A stretch of DNA of 64,000 bases from Tubulanus polymorphus. Taxonomy: Eukaryota > Animalia > Nemertea. This document shows, piece after piece, positions 46,412 through 60,331 of the stretch. The stretch is from positions 4,960,001-5,024,000 of the forward strand of contig NC_134029.1 in NCBI RefSeq assembly GCF_964204645.1, read 5' to 3'. The first letter of the stretch is position 1, and every line of letters starts with the position of its first letter. Below the pieces are notes generated by a model. It saw only the letters and a program-made list of their open reading frames with translations, was not told the DNA's origin and did no database searches. A program made the translations under genes and the position numbers.

Positions 46412-47400
46412 GGCGATTCTATGGTCGTGTATTTCTTCCTTTATATCCAGATATTAGAATATTCTATTTAGATTCTATCCGTGTGGTACTATAATAGTGT
46501 ATAGCGCGGGAGTATGGCGCTGAACCAGCAGAGCTATGAACAATGCGTCGCGGCCACCAATCTACCGCAAAAAACGCGGCTAAAACCAACTTATTCCTCG
46601 GTAATTTTGTATTCCACGTATGCGGTATACATCCAACTATTGCGTACGTATATTTCCATGAAGATTTCGACGGTAATATAGGAGAAATATGCACATATAT
46701 CCAGGATAGGACACTGCTAGCCGTCTCACTCGCGCCAGATGCCACGCACTAACACGGCTGTATGTACACGCTGTATAAGCCAGTAACAATAGCGCTAGGC
46801 AAATAAACTTGCCTTATATGGAAAACAAATGATTGCCTCTATCAACAAACACTGCGCCGAAACCCACGTGCACTCATTACAAATGCGGCTCGTTCACACC
46901 GATCGGCCAATCGTATCGCGAAATAGCCATAAAAGCGGTGACGACATGGGGTGCCCATATATTAACGTCAATCAATCCCACGTGCACACAAATGCACCGA
47001 CAGCTGCATTTCCTCACGCTGAAACAAAAACGAAAACGTCCGAAAGATTGAAATCCTATGCAGTGCCAAGTTAGTTTTGTCAATCGCTAAAGCGAAGAAG
47101 CGTATAGCTGATCGGGAGTTTGAGTTTTGAGTTCTAGGAATGAAGACTGTTTCAGACTGGAAAAGACCAACGACATCGCGTACATCTCACCAACCAATCA
47201 GCATCGGCTATCGCCGCAAAGTCAATAAGGCTCTGAAAATTCACGATTCCTATTGGCCGGGTTTATCAACGCGCCGGCTTAGACACGTGGGTTTGACGAG
47301 TAGCTGTCAAAACCAGCGCTGGTGGAAAATAGTTTCAAAGCTGGAAAAACTCGCCTATTAGAGAGGGACGGACTGCTCTCGAAATTGCTATATAAGCATG
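46412..47400 (-). promoter_or_regulatory. groucho 5' UTR and putative promoter
   Basis: Immediately upstream of the first ATG, which has good context (CGCCATG). Several CCAAT/ATTGG boxes (about 46907, 47194, 47242) and a CACGTG E-box near 47284. Confidence 0.45.
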
Positions 47401-49123
47401 TCGAGAGGGTTCATACAAAAACATAACAAATATTGAATTCCAGTACAGCGACTGGGGGATTAGTAAGTGGACTTCAGTCACACCCTTGCATGAGCACTGA
47501 TGAACCGACTAACGTCAAACTCGGTCAATCACTTATCATTCTGTTGACTCTGGTATACAGCTGTTGGGCAAGTGAAGTAACAACTGTTGAGCTGGGTCAT
47601 AGTTTTAGTTCCACCAGTTGTCTCAGACTGCTGAGCGAGATACAGGGCATTTATACAGCGAAAATTTCGCAGAATTGCGGGATCATACAAAACTTGAAAG
47701 ATAATAATGAGGGCGGATCCAGCCTGTCAAATTTTGTTCGTAATCCTGCAAACTTTTTGCCATTACCCAGTGGAAAATAATGAATAATCCACTCATCAGA
47801 TCAATACTATAGGCCTAATCCTACTTCGACCATCTATCAATCACAAGTAGATCTGTGTTACTTATTTTGACCAGGGGGCGCTTGACAGGGGGATAGATGC
47901 ACCATTTTTTAAGGATCATACAATTTCATCCAATTTTTCTGAAACTGTATGTGGTGGTGGACCAAGGCGTTCCTAAGCCCTTTATCTGATTAGCCTGCAT
48001 TCCACTTTTCATCTAATCTTTCTGAAACTTTGTATTGTGATATCTTTGGACCGAGTCTTTTTCTTAATTTTTCCACAGGGGGCGCTGTGCAGTAAAGAAA
48101 TCTATTTCAAGTGGTATAAAAAGGGAAGTTTTTCTGCGGTTTGAGTCACGGTAGGCTGGATGCACCCCGGGATCGACAAGCTGACAAAATATGGTGAATT
48201 TACATAAAAGCTGTCAACAACATCGTTTTATATATGAATATCACATTTTATTCCAGGTCATAAACACACGTATCCCAAGGACACTAAATTCAGTTATTTC
48301 ATCTCATTTTAATTTTACCAGGGAATCTACCCTTTCCCTGTGCCTGGTTCCATGAACCTATAAAACATAACCAAACCATAAAGTCCACCGATACATGTGA
48401 GTATCATTTCTGCCAGATTCTACATAACAAAGGGAAGAGTTTAACTTTTTAATTTTCTAGTGGCATTTGAACTACATATATCAAACAGTTGCTTTTTAAA
48501 TGAATTTCTATCGACCGGGTAACACTATATATCGGTTGATTCATGCGCGTACGGCTTTCCTTTAACGATAAAATCATCAACTAATTAAGTTGAAAATAAA
48601 TAGTCAATTCCATCGACGACGACGATGCATTTTACATCATAGGTAGTTTCACCCGGCGCTGGTGTTAATGCGATTTGTTTCCGTGCGCGCGGCAGTCACC
48701 TGTGAAATATCGCGCCGCTGACGCACACACCCGCCACTGTGAGTCCGTCCGGCCGGCCGTGTACAGTCGGTCGCTTCGATATTAATGGTTTTTCCTTCTC
48801 GCTGAAGTCGAAACGTCCATAAATAACGGTGACGAAAAAAATCTCGGCGGCTGTGGCAGCAGCGGCCTCACTCGCTGCGCGTTAAAGTAATGACTATCGC
48901 AGTCAGCCGACGGTGCAGTTAACTGAAGCTGATGGACATTGTTTAATGGTCCGCTGAAAATCCATTGATTTTAATTCGAGCGAAGTTCAACGATTCCAAA
49001 TTGTTATTGCCGAAAGGCATTGTCAGCGGCAACTGCGCGCAAAGAATACAACGTCTTATTATATGGGAATGGATCCAGACTAGATCCAGACCATAGTGAA
49101 TGTACAGCAAGTTGTACACTTTG

Positions 49124-49407
49124 AGCCGTGATCACACTACATTTTTGACCGCACCAAAAACATCAGACCATGGGACGTATAAACTAAATCTAGTTTATAC
49201 ATCCATGGTCAGACCAAGCCCAAATTTTAGCACGGTGAATTGCAACAGGTTCCGGAAGTGTCCCACTTCTGCTTTGTTTAAGCATTGTTTAGCATCGAGC
49301 GAGAACGTGTGAACATGCTCTCTATTTAGGCATGGGAAAAATTTGACTCCAGCCTGATCTGGGCAAGTTTGGCCCGGGCCAAATTGTCTCTGAGTGATCG
49401 TGGCTAT
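49124..49407. mobile_element. Harbinger-like MITE family
   Basis: GCCGTGATCACAC...GTGATCGTGGC termini. Related copies at about 52260-52525 and 56770-56993 share CAAATTTTAGCACGG-like and GGCCAAAT(T/C)G...GATCGCGG segments. Confidence 0.6.
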
Positions 49408-51482
49408 GGTCGAGATACCATAGTATAATGTACAGTGCCTTTTTAATTGTTCACAAATATTTCTCCACCAGATCAGAATATATAACAATAATATTGTAAT
49501 CTATTCTTTATATATTATATAAGTTAAGTATAACTAAACTCCTATATAAGACTGTGGAGAGTAAGAGGATCATTTGTTTTCTGTTGGTTATACTATGGTC
49601 GGAAGTCGCATGTAGACTTGGATTTGACTTTTTTTCATTTCCACCAATCTCCTCAATCGCGATTAAATCTTATCCATCAACTCAACGCATGCATTCTGAA
49701 CCTGAAAAGAACAAAAAAAACATCCATGTGTTATTCATGGAAAGTTTAAATGCGAAAGGCCCATACAAATATTTGATACATAGATTAGCTGAAGACTTGT
49801 ACAAAAACACCCGACAAACAGAGAAACTCTCCCTGATCCAATCAAATACGATTGGCTGATATTCACCAGAGCCGAATATGATTGGTCGATATTCAGTAGG
49901 CATGAATATCACCGAATATGATTGGTCGGTGATATTCATTATTCAAGGCTAACGCACTAGATAGTGAAATTTGAAATAAAGTCCAGTTCATGTCCAAAAT
50001 CTTACGTAACCCGCTCTGATATTATCACCACGTCGAAGTGGCTCTGAAGTTTGATAATTCGCGAAAACCATCCGAATCCCGATATAATTCAATCACACGG
50101 AATAGATATCCGTAGATACATCTGACACATACATACATCTTGTGACAATCCATGCATAGAAAAATGATTGATGAACAATGATATTACAAAAATCAAAGTG
50201 GAACTTTATGCGTGCGCACACACACCGCAGGCACACCGCATTTATGCTAGAGCAAGCACTCAGAAAATTACAATCCAGCTCCGTGTGTCTCCTCATCTCG
50301 TAATTCACATACAAATTAATACTACAGCTGCCGCCCAAATATACACTGTCATTTCTTAATGAGGTTTTTTTCTTTGTATGAACTGAATGGGCTCGAATTT
50401 ATATAAATCGAGCTTATCAGCAATCCGCCATGAAATACTCCAGTTATATTGAACTCTTTCGTTTGATGCTTTCCGTGCGACAGCGAGATTACGATATTAC
50501 CCTATTATAGATCGAATCGAAAAAATTGGAAGACAACGTTTTGTTGTCTCAGTTACAATCAATTCCAGGGACCGGATTGGTGTTAATGGGTTTATGGGGC
50601 AAATCTCTGGGGGGATTTCAGGGATTCCGAACCTTGCCTTGCCAATGACACAAGGTTCCCCTTTTTGTCAAGGGACCAGGTTGTTCAAAAGTTGGTAAGA
50701 GTTAAACAGTAGACAGTTAACATAGTGACAATTGAAAGGTCATTGTATGGTATTCATCCACATTATCTTTAACCCACCTGTGAGCCCTGGTCGTCAAAAC
50801 CTGCATATTTGACGCTCATCCTTTCTGAAATCGCATCGTTTCTTGTAAAATGTATAGAAACCCCACTTGCAGCTTCAGCATATAGTTGCTATTTCAGAGG
50901 AATACCCTTCTTTTTCTTTTGGACCCCGCCTTCCCAGGGAGTTCCGTTTAGACTTAAAACCATCTACGACGAAAATCTGTTCGAGTTATTAAGATATTGA
51001 GATTAATTATTAAGATATTGAGCTAGGCGAGCAGCAGCAGCAGCAGCAGCGTAATGGCTTATTAATTCTATGAATGCGCCGTGTTTGAAGCAGAACGAAT
51101 GCAATATGAATCGATGCTGTACAATGCCGATTTAACAATGCGTCGACGTTTGATCCGATCACGAAAAATCGGAACGCGACTCGAGTCGGACTCTCAGAGA
51201 ATCTGCATCGGACGAAACGGGATGTAATTAATTGCGTCGATGAAAAATGGCTGCCGGATTATCGGCGTGACGAGGACGGACGGACTGTCCTCGGAAATCA
51301 GAGTTAAACGATAGCCATCGATTAATCTCCTAGCCCGGTTGAACATTATGGCTTAGATTAAAGATCGGTCTCGGGCCCTTAGATTGGCTGTTAGAACTAA
51401 AATGGCGTTAGACTGGTCCTGAATCAAAACTGGGCTCCATCCCATGTGCAGTGGAGGCCTAAGTCCGAAAGTGGTCTTCAAC

Positions 51483-51610
51483 TTCAACTTTGCTTGAGAA
51501 GACATCGGCCGGCCTAGCTCAGTCAGTTATGGTAGTACATACGTGATAAAAGTGTGCGCTACCATGACTGACCGCGCTAGGCCTCTCCACGTCCTCTCGA
51601 GCTAAGCTGA
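51483..51610. repeat. Palindromic MITE-like foldback
   Basis: GGCCTAGCTCAGTCAGTTATGGTAG...CTACCATGACTGACCGCGCTAGGCC, with extended outer pairing. Confidence 0.6.
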
Positions 51611-53050
51611 AATAAACATTAGTCTTTATGTTGTAAGGATTTGCTGTGGTCTTAGAAAGGTCCAAGACTAGTCTTACAAGATGTGAGATAGTCTTTTAAG
51701 AGAGGTCTTGAATGAAGCCATGACTGTGCAAGTGTTCCCCTTGTATTTCAACTGGAGAAACAAGCCTTTCGCATTCTCGATTTCTATCAAGTATCGATCC
51801 AATTGAATGCTTCATTTTCGTACGTTACTAATTAGGTTTTTATTCGAAAATCGACCGCGATTTATCGGTTCTGAATTGATCGCCGCGGGAAGAAACGTTT
51901 TTAAGAGACTGTCGGCCGCTCGATAATCGCAGCCTCGATGAATCTATTCGATTCATGGTCGTTAAATGCGTTTCTTTATTTAAATCGTTTCTGTTTTTAT
52001 AGGTTTAAAATCGACCGCTGCAGGAGAGAGAGGCACTCTTTTTCAAACCGAAGCTCGTGGCGACGAAATCTCAACTTGAGAAACTCGATAGACAAACAAT
52101 CTCCAAGACGAGAGGAGTATTTTTATCAGAAAGCTGAACGCGATAAATACGGCATACCGCGACGTAAATATGATATACCTCACTGCAGTCTAGTGCACTT
52201 CAAGTATACACGGCTTGTCACATTTTTTGAAAGTTTTCCATATGCATAATGTCACTAGTAACTGTGACCGTTTACATGCGGCTGCCAAATTTGCCCATTC
52301 CAGTTTTGACGCGGGCCAAGAGGTAAGACCCGACCAAAAACGATGGACTAATTTGCGCCAAATTTTAGCACGGGTAAAATGATTGCATGTAAACGCTTAA
52401 TTCTTTTGGGAAGTGACTCGACTTGCTTTATCACAAGATTGTAAGCACCGCGGACCAAATTTTACTCGGGTCCCATCGGGGCCAATTTTCGCCGGGCCAA
52501 ATCGTCTCCACGCGATCGCGGCTATTAAAATCATACCGCGACGTTTCGGGAAGAGCTCGAACGCGGACGGACTCGGAGAAATCCGTTACACACGCGCGTC
52601 ATCCATCTCCGTTGTGAGAATGATAAATCACTGTTGTTGTCACCGGTTCCGATGTCGTACGGTCGTAGGTTTCTTTTATCGAACGCGAAACAGCGAGAGT
52701 TCTTACATCGGGTCACATTTTTCAATTATCACCATCTTCGCGCATCATCTTGTCACGGCGGTGTGGTACAGCGACGATTGACATCACAACAGACGCGCAC
52801 GACTTACCGACGACGCGTTGCGTTACTCGGTCGAGCGCTATCTACTGTAACCACGATTGCCACTAAAACTATATACCATACAATACAAGACCAAAGAGAT
52901 CCGATCTGAGAGAAACCGATCCGACGAAATCAAGGCCAGCAGTCTTAGAATTCATTGGATTCAAGCCGTCTGATATAGAGTTAAAATCCTCCTATTCAAG
53001 AAGCACGAAGAATCTCCAAACCAACGACTGATGCCATGACTTGCCCTCAG

Positions 53051-53325
53051 TCATCTTCCCCTGACAGGGATTTGAACCTGCTCGCATCGCTGACTCAGCC
53101 ACGGCGCGAAACCCTGCCCGTTGTATAATCGCTGAGCCAAATTCCATGGATAAACTGTAGATGGAAAAACCTTTGTTTATACAAAACAGGATTTCTGATT
53201 GGCTTATAATGACATCATCTAAGCTGCGCATGTACCTGTGCATCCGGTCTTGTGTGGCAGAGGTTTCATGCCGCGGCTGAGCCTAGCGAATGCCATCAGG
53301 TTCGAATGCCCCCAGCAGGACCGGA
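53051..53325. mobile_element. tRNA-like-TIR foldback element
   Basis: TCATCTTCCCCTGACAGGGATTTGAACCTG...GCCATCAGGTTCGAATGCC with the shared core. Confidence 0.75.
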
Positions 53326-54248
53326 TAAACAGAAAACGAAACCTTGAATATGGTTCAATTTTGTGAGTCCGTTCACTTTTAATCCTTAAGTTTGGAGAAT
53401 CTACCTAGAGGCTAACTGCTGTAAAACACGGTATTTAGTGAACATTTTCCCTGGAGTCAGGCTTTATGAAAACTGACTCCCGCAAGACTGAAAGCGCAAC
53501 CTGAAACCCAAACTATTTACCGCAAAAAATCACCACAAATCCTGAAATGTAAAAAATTAGAAAAATCCAAGAGTGCAAAAAATCCGTACTTCAAAAGAGC
53601 TTTCCGAAGGCAAAAACATTTGAACTCATAAATGCAACATTAAGGCCTCATCGACTCAAGACCCGGCCACAAAACCACGCTTGACTACGCTTACATTTTC
53701 TATCTGACACACAATGTATATCGGCAATCCACTAAGGCAATCTCGGCGTAATCTGGCTGACTGAACATCAAAGCTACGACCAAACCCTGCCAGCGTCATC
53801 CGTAATGCTATTTCTACGTAGCGCGCTACTTCAAGCTCGGCATTTACTGATTTTGGCATTTAATTTTCTGCGCGCAGACACGCAGGATCAGAACGCCTTA
53901 CAAGCAGGTGATTCTACACTTATCGATCGATTATCCGAAGCGCCGTGATCCGTACAAGCCTCGCCAGCCGTGCCGTGCCGCGCCACCGATGGAAGAACCG
54001 AATGTATATGCCATTAGAAAAAAGTTTCCAGTTCAAATGAACATTGATTTCAGAGCGATGTTGAAACGCGCGAGGGCTTCTTTTACCGTAAGATGCGCCG
54101 GTCATTAGCGGCTAAAGAAATGTCATTTTCAGTCAATCTGCATAAATGTTTTTTATGAATGGTCTACCATGGATCTTAGCTGTATCTGCACAAAGCCAGG
54201 CAGAACCAGCATCACAACTGCGATCTTTTATGTGCCGTAATGAAATCA

Positions 54249-54462
54249 GGAATCCAGTTCCACAGTTGTGCGATTTGGCCCTAGAGTTGAATCATTGAAA
54301 ATAAAATGTAAATCATAAGTTAACTCTTTAACTAAGAACTGAGGAACTCCCTGGACCCAGTTCCACAGTTGTGAGTTAGAGTTAACTCTGAGTTAAAGTT
54401 AGTTCATTTTCAATGTTTTAACCCAGGGTCAAATCTTAACTCAGAACTGTGGAACTGGACCC
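54249..54462. mobile_element. Two adjacent copies of the GTTCCACAGTT MITE
   Basis: Tandem elements 54249-54352 and 54353-54462, each with CCAGTTCCACAGTT...AACTG(T/A)GGAACT ends. Confidence 0.65.
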
Positions 54463-54733
54463 TGGTTCTTAGTTAGCTGCGAAAGACTAAAATCTTCACA
54501 TGGAACTTGGTCCAAAATGTCTGTAGTTGACTAATTACCCCTTCTAATACTCCTATTTTGAGGAAGTAAAATGAATGCAGAATCTTATTACATTCATTTC
54601 ATTTGGAAATGGAAAATTCTCCGCAGCATTCGGTAGGGCTTGATGAGATCTCAGACGTATCAACTACTAACAGTTTAGTTAGTTCATACGTCCATGATGA
54701 AGTGCAGTAAATCATCGTCCTGAAGGTGATCTA

Positions 54734-54834
<101 letters not shown>

Positions 54835-55544
54835 TACTGTGTTGGACAGGTGCAATGATCAAAATCAATCAAAATCAATCAAAAAAATGCGCACAAGTCA
54901 TTATCAGACTGGAATGTCGTCTCAACGCGCGAAACACCTCGCTGTGGCCAATCAATGCAACATCACGGATTCAGTCTTTGTTGGCGCGCGTCGAGACATG
55001 GAAAACCAATTTTCACCGGCATGCAAAAGATCTGATCTACAAGCGACGATAGATGTGTGTTCTCTACAGCAGCAGCATCAGCAGCAGCAGCATCAGCAGC
55101 AGCATCGGCATCGGACAATTCATCTTCAGAGGATTGTCAAATCGACGCCTATCAATTCCACGAGTGGAGCGAGTGGCGAATAGATTCTCTTTTTGTATCG
55201 TTTCGAGGTTTAAGATGTGACGAGCCTCGTTGATGTAACCCGCCCGCCTGTTTGCGTGGAAATGACACGAGTTGAAAAGAAAAATGGCCTTCGCTGAAAT
55301 AATTACATTAAGCGTTCGTCATTCAATGTATTGCAAAGTTACTCATGAAATGATAAAATCAACATCTTGAGACACGGCTGGAGCTGCACTGCTCGCGTTG
55401 CAGTCTTTATGAGTTAAGTACCATCGACGTTAAGCCTGTATACGGAACAAAGAGCCGCTCATTAATGCATTAATGTTACTAATTAAGCTGCCATGAACCA
55501 TTCAAACAAATCGATTTCTAGTAGAGTAAATAAATCACTTGTCC

Positions 55545-55848
55545 GAGAGAGAGGGAGGGAGGGAGGGAGGGGAGAGGGGGAGGGGAGGGGAGAGGGAGAG
55601 GAGAGGGAGAGGGAGGGAGGGGAGAGGGAGGGAGAGGGAGGGAGGGGGAGGGAGGGAGGGGGAGGGGGAGGGGGAGGGGGAGGGGGAGGGGGAGGGAGGG
55701 AGGGAGGGAGGGAGGGAGGGAGGGAGGGAGGGAGGGAGGGAGGGAGGGAGGGAGGGAGGGAGGGAGGGAGGGAGGGAGGGAGGGAGGGAGGGAGGGAGGG
55801 AGGGAGGGAGGGAGGGAGGGAGGGAGGGAGGGAGGGAGGGAGGGAGGG
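55545..55848 (+). repeat. Pure polypurine tract, (GGGA)n and (GGGGGA)n
   Basis: About 304 nt containing only G and A. Confidence 0.95.
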
Positions 55849-58161
55849 TCTTTACTTAAACTTTAACTATTACTGACGAGACCGATAATTCAGCTATTAT
55901 TTGACCTGCTGCGAGAACATTCGCTGACCTTGCTGGTGCCAGCAGGTGGCAGCACTTGGCAAAAGGAGCAGCTGAAATACCAAGAACTAATAAAACATAA
56001 AATACATAATACGTATTAAGACATAAAATTGCACAGGCCCGGTGGCCAAGTGAAAATGATATCCTTCTTTCCCTAATGAAAATATACTTTTGCCAGGGCA
56101 ATCGGACAAGTGCTTAAATCAAGGACCCAGTACTTGTATTGATGACCTCCTTATATATTGATATCTCATTCAGGAGTAATAAGGAAATATCTTGACTTAT
56201 CTAATCTAATCTAAGCCATAAGTTGAAATTGGGTCTCTCTCGAATGTGAAACATAAAAAGGTTGATAAAACGGTCATGATAGATCAGAGAATGGACTCTA
56301 AAAAAACAAGATGTGTTTGTGTTTAGAGTCCACGATCCGAGGTCCTAGAAGTTTCCGTGATATAAAAGTTTGAGTTCGTGTCACAAACCCTTGAAGACTA
56401 ACAGCATCTTCGAGCTATGACAACCTTGCGAGTCACGCAACGACGAATAAAGCTTATTTCATTTGAAATCGAATCAATGAACTTTCAGCCGGAAGAAAAC
56501 CAGGTCACCTTCATATCGCAAACTGTTTCCGCGAACGAGCGAGGAAAAGTTGCTGGAAATAACTTGAGAACCGCTTGACTGACTGAATTCGATGTTTTCA
56601 CCATTTACATGATTGATCCACTTGAATTTTCCAATTATATCCGCACTGAACCTATACCGAGCATAAAAACTGCTCCACATATCGGCTGCGTTCGCACTAC
56701 GTTATTCACAATGTACTATATTTAGAATGGACCAATAATTGCACTCTATCCATCACTGTTGGTATCAATAACACGATCGTTTCGGGCCCGGACCTAATTT
56801 GGTCAGGGCAAAATTTAAGCACGGGTCAAATTGTGTGTCTGAATTGCAACTGGTTCCGGAAATGACTCACTTGACCTTCTTAAGCATTGTTTGAATGATT
56901 TTCCCTTGAACACGCATTCTAATTAGGCATGAACTCGGGCCTAATCCATGTCAGTATGGCCCAGGCCAAATTGCCTCTGCGTGATCGCGGTTAATGTTTA
57001 GTAATAACGGATAGTCTTGGGTGGCAGATAACTGAATATCTCCTTTACTGATAATTAACTCTTTCACTGATAATTAAATAAGTTTTAGTAATCAGGGCTT
57101 CAAAATTTTGGAAAACCGAGGATAGCTGATAATCGAGGGTCGACTGTAGAAAACTTCACATGAAGAATGTGTTTCAGGTCAACTGCACCTTCAAAGAAAC
57201 GATCCTGCGAAAGAAACTTCATCATCGCGACGAAGAGAGAAAAGACGCCTCGTGACAAGTCGATATAAAGGAAGATAGTTGAACATAGCTGAGTACAGGT
57301 GATAATTCGTAGACGAGATGATGTGTGTAGGTGAGAGATGATATCTGACTTCATACATCGCGCTCGTGAATCGCTTGTATTTCTGGCACCCATTAAATCC
57401 TGTTCTTCCTGATGACTGAGTGCCAATAACAAGCATTCAAATATTTATTGCCTCACGGCTAGTCACAGACCTCAGGCCATTTTCCTGATTGTGTTAAGCG
57501 GCGCTGGCGTTCCCCAGTATTTATGCTCGGCGCGGGCAAAGGTTTGGCGCGAGTTATCAATTATCCATTATAACTCGGTGCGCACATAATTTTGTTCTAA
57601 GTTACGAGCACAAAGAGAGGTCCCACGAAGCCTTCAGCATTCGTGCCATTTGAAATTCCTATACAAAAACCATCTCCCGGCGCAACGGAGCCGAGGTGCC
57701 ATTACAAAACACGACCTTGACCTTCATATCGCTAGCCAGGTTTGAAAATCTGCCTCTCGGGCTAAAAAATAGAAATATACCGTCCAATGATTTCCTATTT
57801 CAAAGTCAAACCCCCCTGTTTAGTTCCTGGCAGGTGATTTGAAAAGGGACCGGTTTATTAGTTCCCTATTTCAAGAATAAGAACATCAAGAACTGAATTT
57901 ATCTCAACTGACAAAACTGAACTATCGATATGGAACACGCCGCCTGTTTTTTCTATATTTCTCTAGTATCACTGATATACTGCCTTCGAGGATACCCTTT
58001 GAGCCGGTCTATATAAGCCTAAATCATACATTGACTGGATAAGCTAAAGAACTGTCAAATACATAGATCAGAAAACCTCTTATTTAGAGCTGATCTATCG
58101 TCAGTAATAGACTTGCCTTATTCAGCAGCTGCATTTTTATCAGAGCACGCGTGTATCGATC

Positions 58162-59380
58162 CCGCTCTGCTCCTCCACCTGCTCTTCTGCTCTGCTCATC
58201 CATCTGCTCAACCATCTGCTCCTCCATCTGCTCCTCCACTCTGCTCATCCATCTGCTCCTCCACTCTGCTCATCCATCTGCTCCTCCGCTCTGCTCATCC
58301 ATCTGCTCCTCCCCTCTGCTCATCCATCTGCTCCTCCCCTCTGCTCATCCATCTGCTCCTACGCTCTGCTCATCCATCTGCTCCTCTGCTCTGCTCATCC
58401 ATCTGCTCCTCCACTCTGCTCATCCATCTGCTCCTCTGCTCTGCTCCTCCACTCTGCTCGTCCATCTGCTGCTCCGCTCTGCTCCTCCATCTGCTCCTCC
58501 ACTCTACTCATCCATCTGCTCCTCTGCTCTGCTCATCCATCTGCTCCTCCCCTCTGCTCATCCATCTGCTCCTCCACTCTGCTCGTCCATCTGCTGCTCC
58601 GCTCTGCGCCTCCATCTGCTCCTCCGCTCTGCTCGTCCATCTGCTCCTCCACTCTACTCATCCATCTGCTCCTCCACTCTGCTCATCCATCTGCTCCTCC
58701 ACTCTGCTCGTCCATCTGCTGCTCCGCTCTGCGCCTCCATCTGCTCCTCCGCTCTGCTCGTCCATCTGCTCCTCCACTCTACTCATCCATCTGCTCCTCC
58801 ACTCTGCTCGTCCATCTGCTGCTCCGCTCTGCTCCTCCATCTGCTCCTCCACTCTACTCATCCATCTGCTCCTCTGCTCTGCTCATCCATCTGCTCCTCC
58901 CCTCTGCTCATCCATCTGCTCCTCCACTCTGCTCGTCCATCTGCTGCTCCGCTCTGCGCCTCCATCTGCTCCTCCGCTCTGCTCGTCCATCTGCTCCTCC
59001 ACTCTACTCATCCATCTGCTCCTCTGCTCTGCTCATCCATCTGCTCCTCCACTCTGCTTATCCATCTGCTCCTCTGCTCTGCTCATCCATCTGCTCGTCC
59101 ATCTGCTGCTCCGCTCTGCTCCTCCATCTGCTCCTCCGCTCTGCTCGTCCATCTGCTGCTCTGCTCTGCTCTGCTCATCCATCTGCTCGTCCATCTGCTG
59201 CTCCGCTCTGCTCCTCCATCTGCTCCTCCGCTCTGCTCGTCCATCTGCTGCTCTGCTCTGCTCTGCTCATCCATCTGCTCCTCCACTCTGCTCATCCATC
59301 TGCTCATCCATCTGCTCCTCTGCTCTGCTCATCCATCTGCTCCTTCACTCTGCTCCTCCATCTGTTCCTCCGCTCTGCTC
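58162..59380. repeat. About 1.2-kb minisatellite, unit of ~25 nt CCATCTGCTCCTCCACTCTGCTCAT with variants
   Basis: Directly visible tandem array with higher-order repeats and strong C/T strand asymmetry. Confidence 0.95.
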
Positions 59381-60331
59381 TCATTTCACTTAACAACATT
59401 ATGTGGTTACACACGTAATGTGAAAGCATCGTTGAACTCGGGTTGGACACCGTGTCGAAATGTTTCATAACGCGTCGAGCAGTTCCGAGATTCTGACGAT
59501 CCGCCTAGATAGCGGATTTGTGGGCGGATTCATCAGGTGCACCGGCTTGTCGACTGCACGATCAAACGCTGCGTTACAACTCCTGAACTTTTACAGAGAC
59601 ATCGTTTTACACTTTAGATTGGAGCGCTTCGCATTAAAAGACTGAACATAGTGATGATCGTCTCGATCGACGGAACTGCGCAACTTTTCCAGACGTGGAC
59701 AACTTAGTAATCGGATCACTGACATAAGAGACTGTGATACCTGATCGGAGCAACTCATCAAATCTAATTCAGATCTAAGTAATAGAGTTCAGAGACTGTA
59801 GAGATGACCACGCAAGAGTTTTTGACTTGGGCCCACCATCACATTGGGACCATGTTGGTCTGACACCAAAAACCAGCTCCAGGCTCTATAATTAGGCACA
59901 GGCAAGTATGACCGGGCCAAAAAGGGATTCCCGTGACCATGGCTTATACGTACGGTACCAATCACAACCTTCAACTTCATTTATCTCGCTCATTAAGTTG
60001 TCCAGGGTGGCCACTTTTATTTGACGTGCTTATTCCCCGACTATTTCCGGACTTTTTAAAAGAAAAGAAAATTCGCTGATATTTCGCGGATAACAAAGTA
60101 CGTAAGTGACCACCTGTTGTCCTATAGTTTGGACCAACATCCTATACTATTATTACGTAAACTGATGAGTTATCTAAAGGACAGCTTGTACACTTAGTAA
60201 ACTGAACTCGATACCAAAAATAAATATGTATACATTCAAATGTATTTTTGATATTATATACAATATATATACATATATGAAAACATAATAGAACGATAAC
60301 CACACTCAGACTCAAACGTGGTAAACGGATA

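Noticed and set aside
55493-55876. GGRE-repeat ORFs
   Set aside because: Translation of the (GGGA)n tract. The YI-repeat ORFs near 22.0 kb and 54.7 kb likewise come from (TA)n.
58113-59470. 426-aa and 439-aa ORFs as genes
   Set aside because: Both arise from a 25-nt stop-free minisatellite, are open in multiple frames, lack ATG starts and show no domain.
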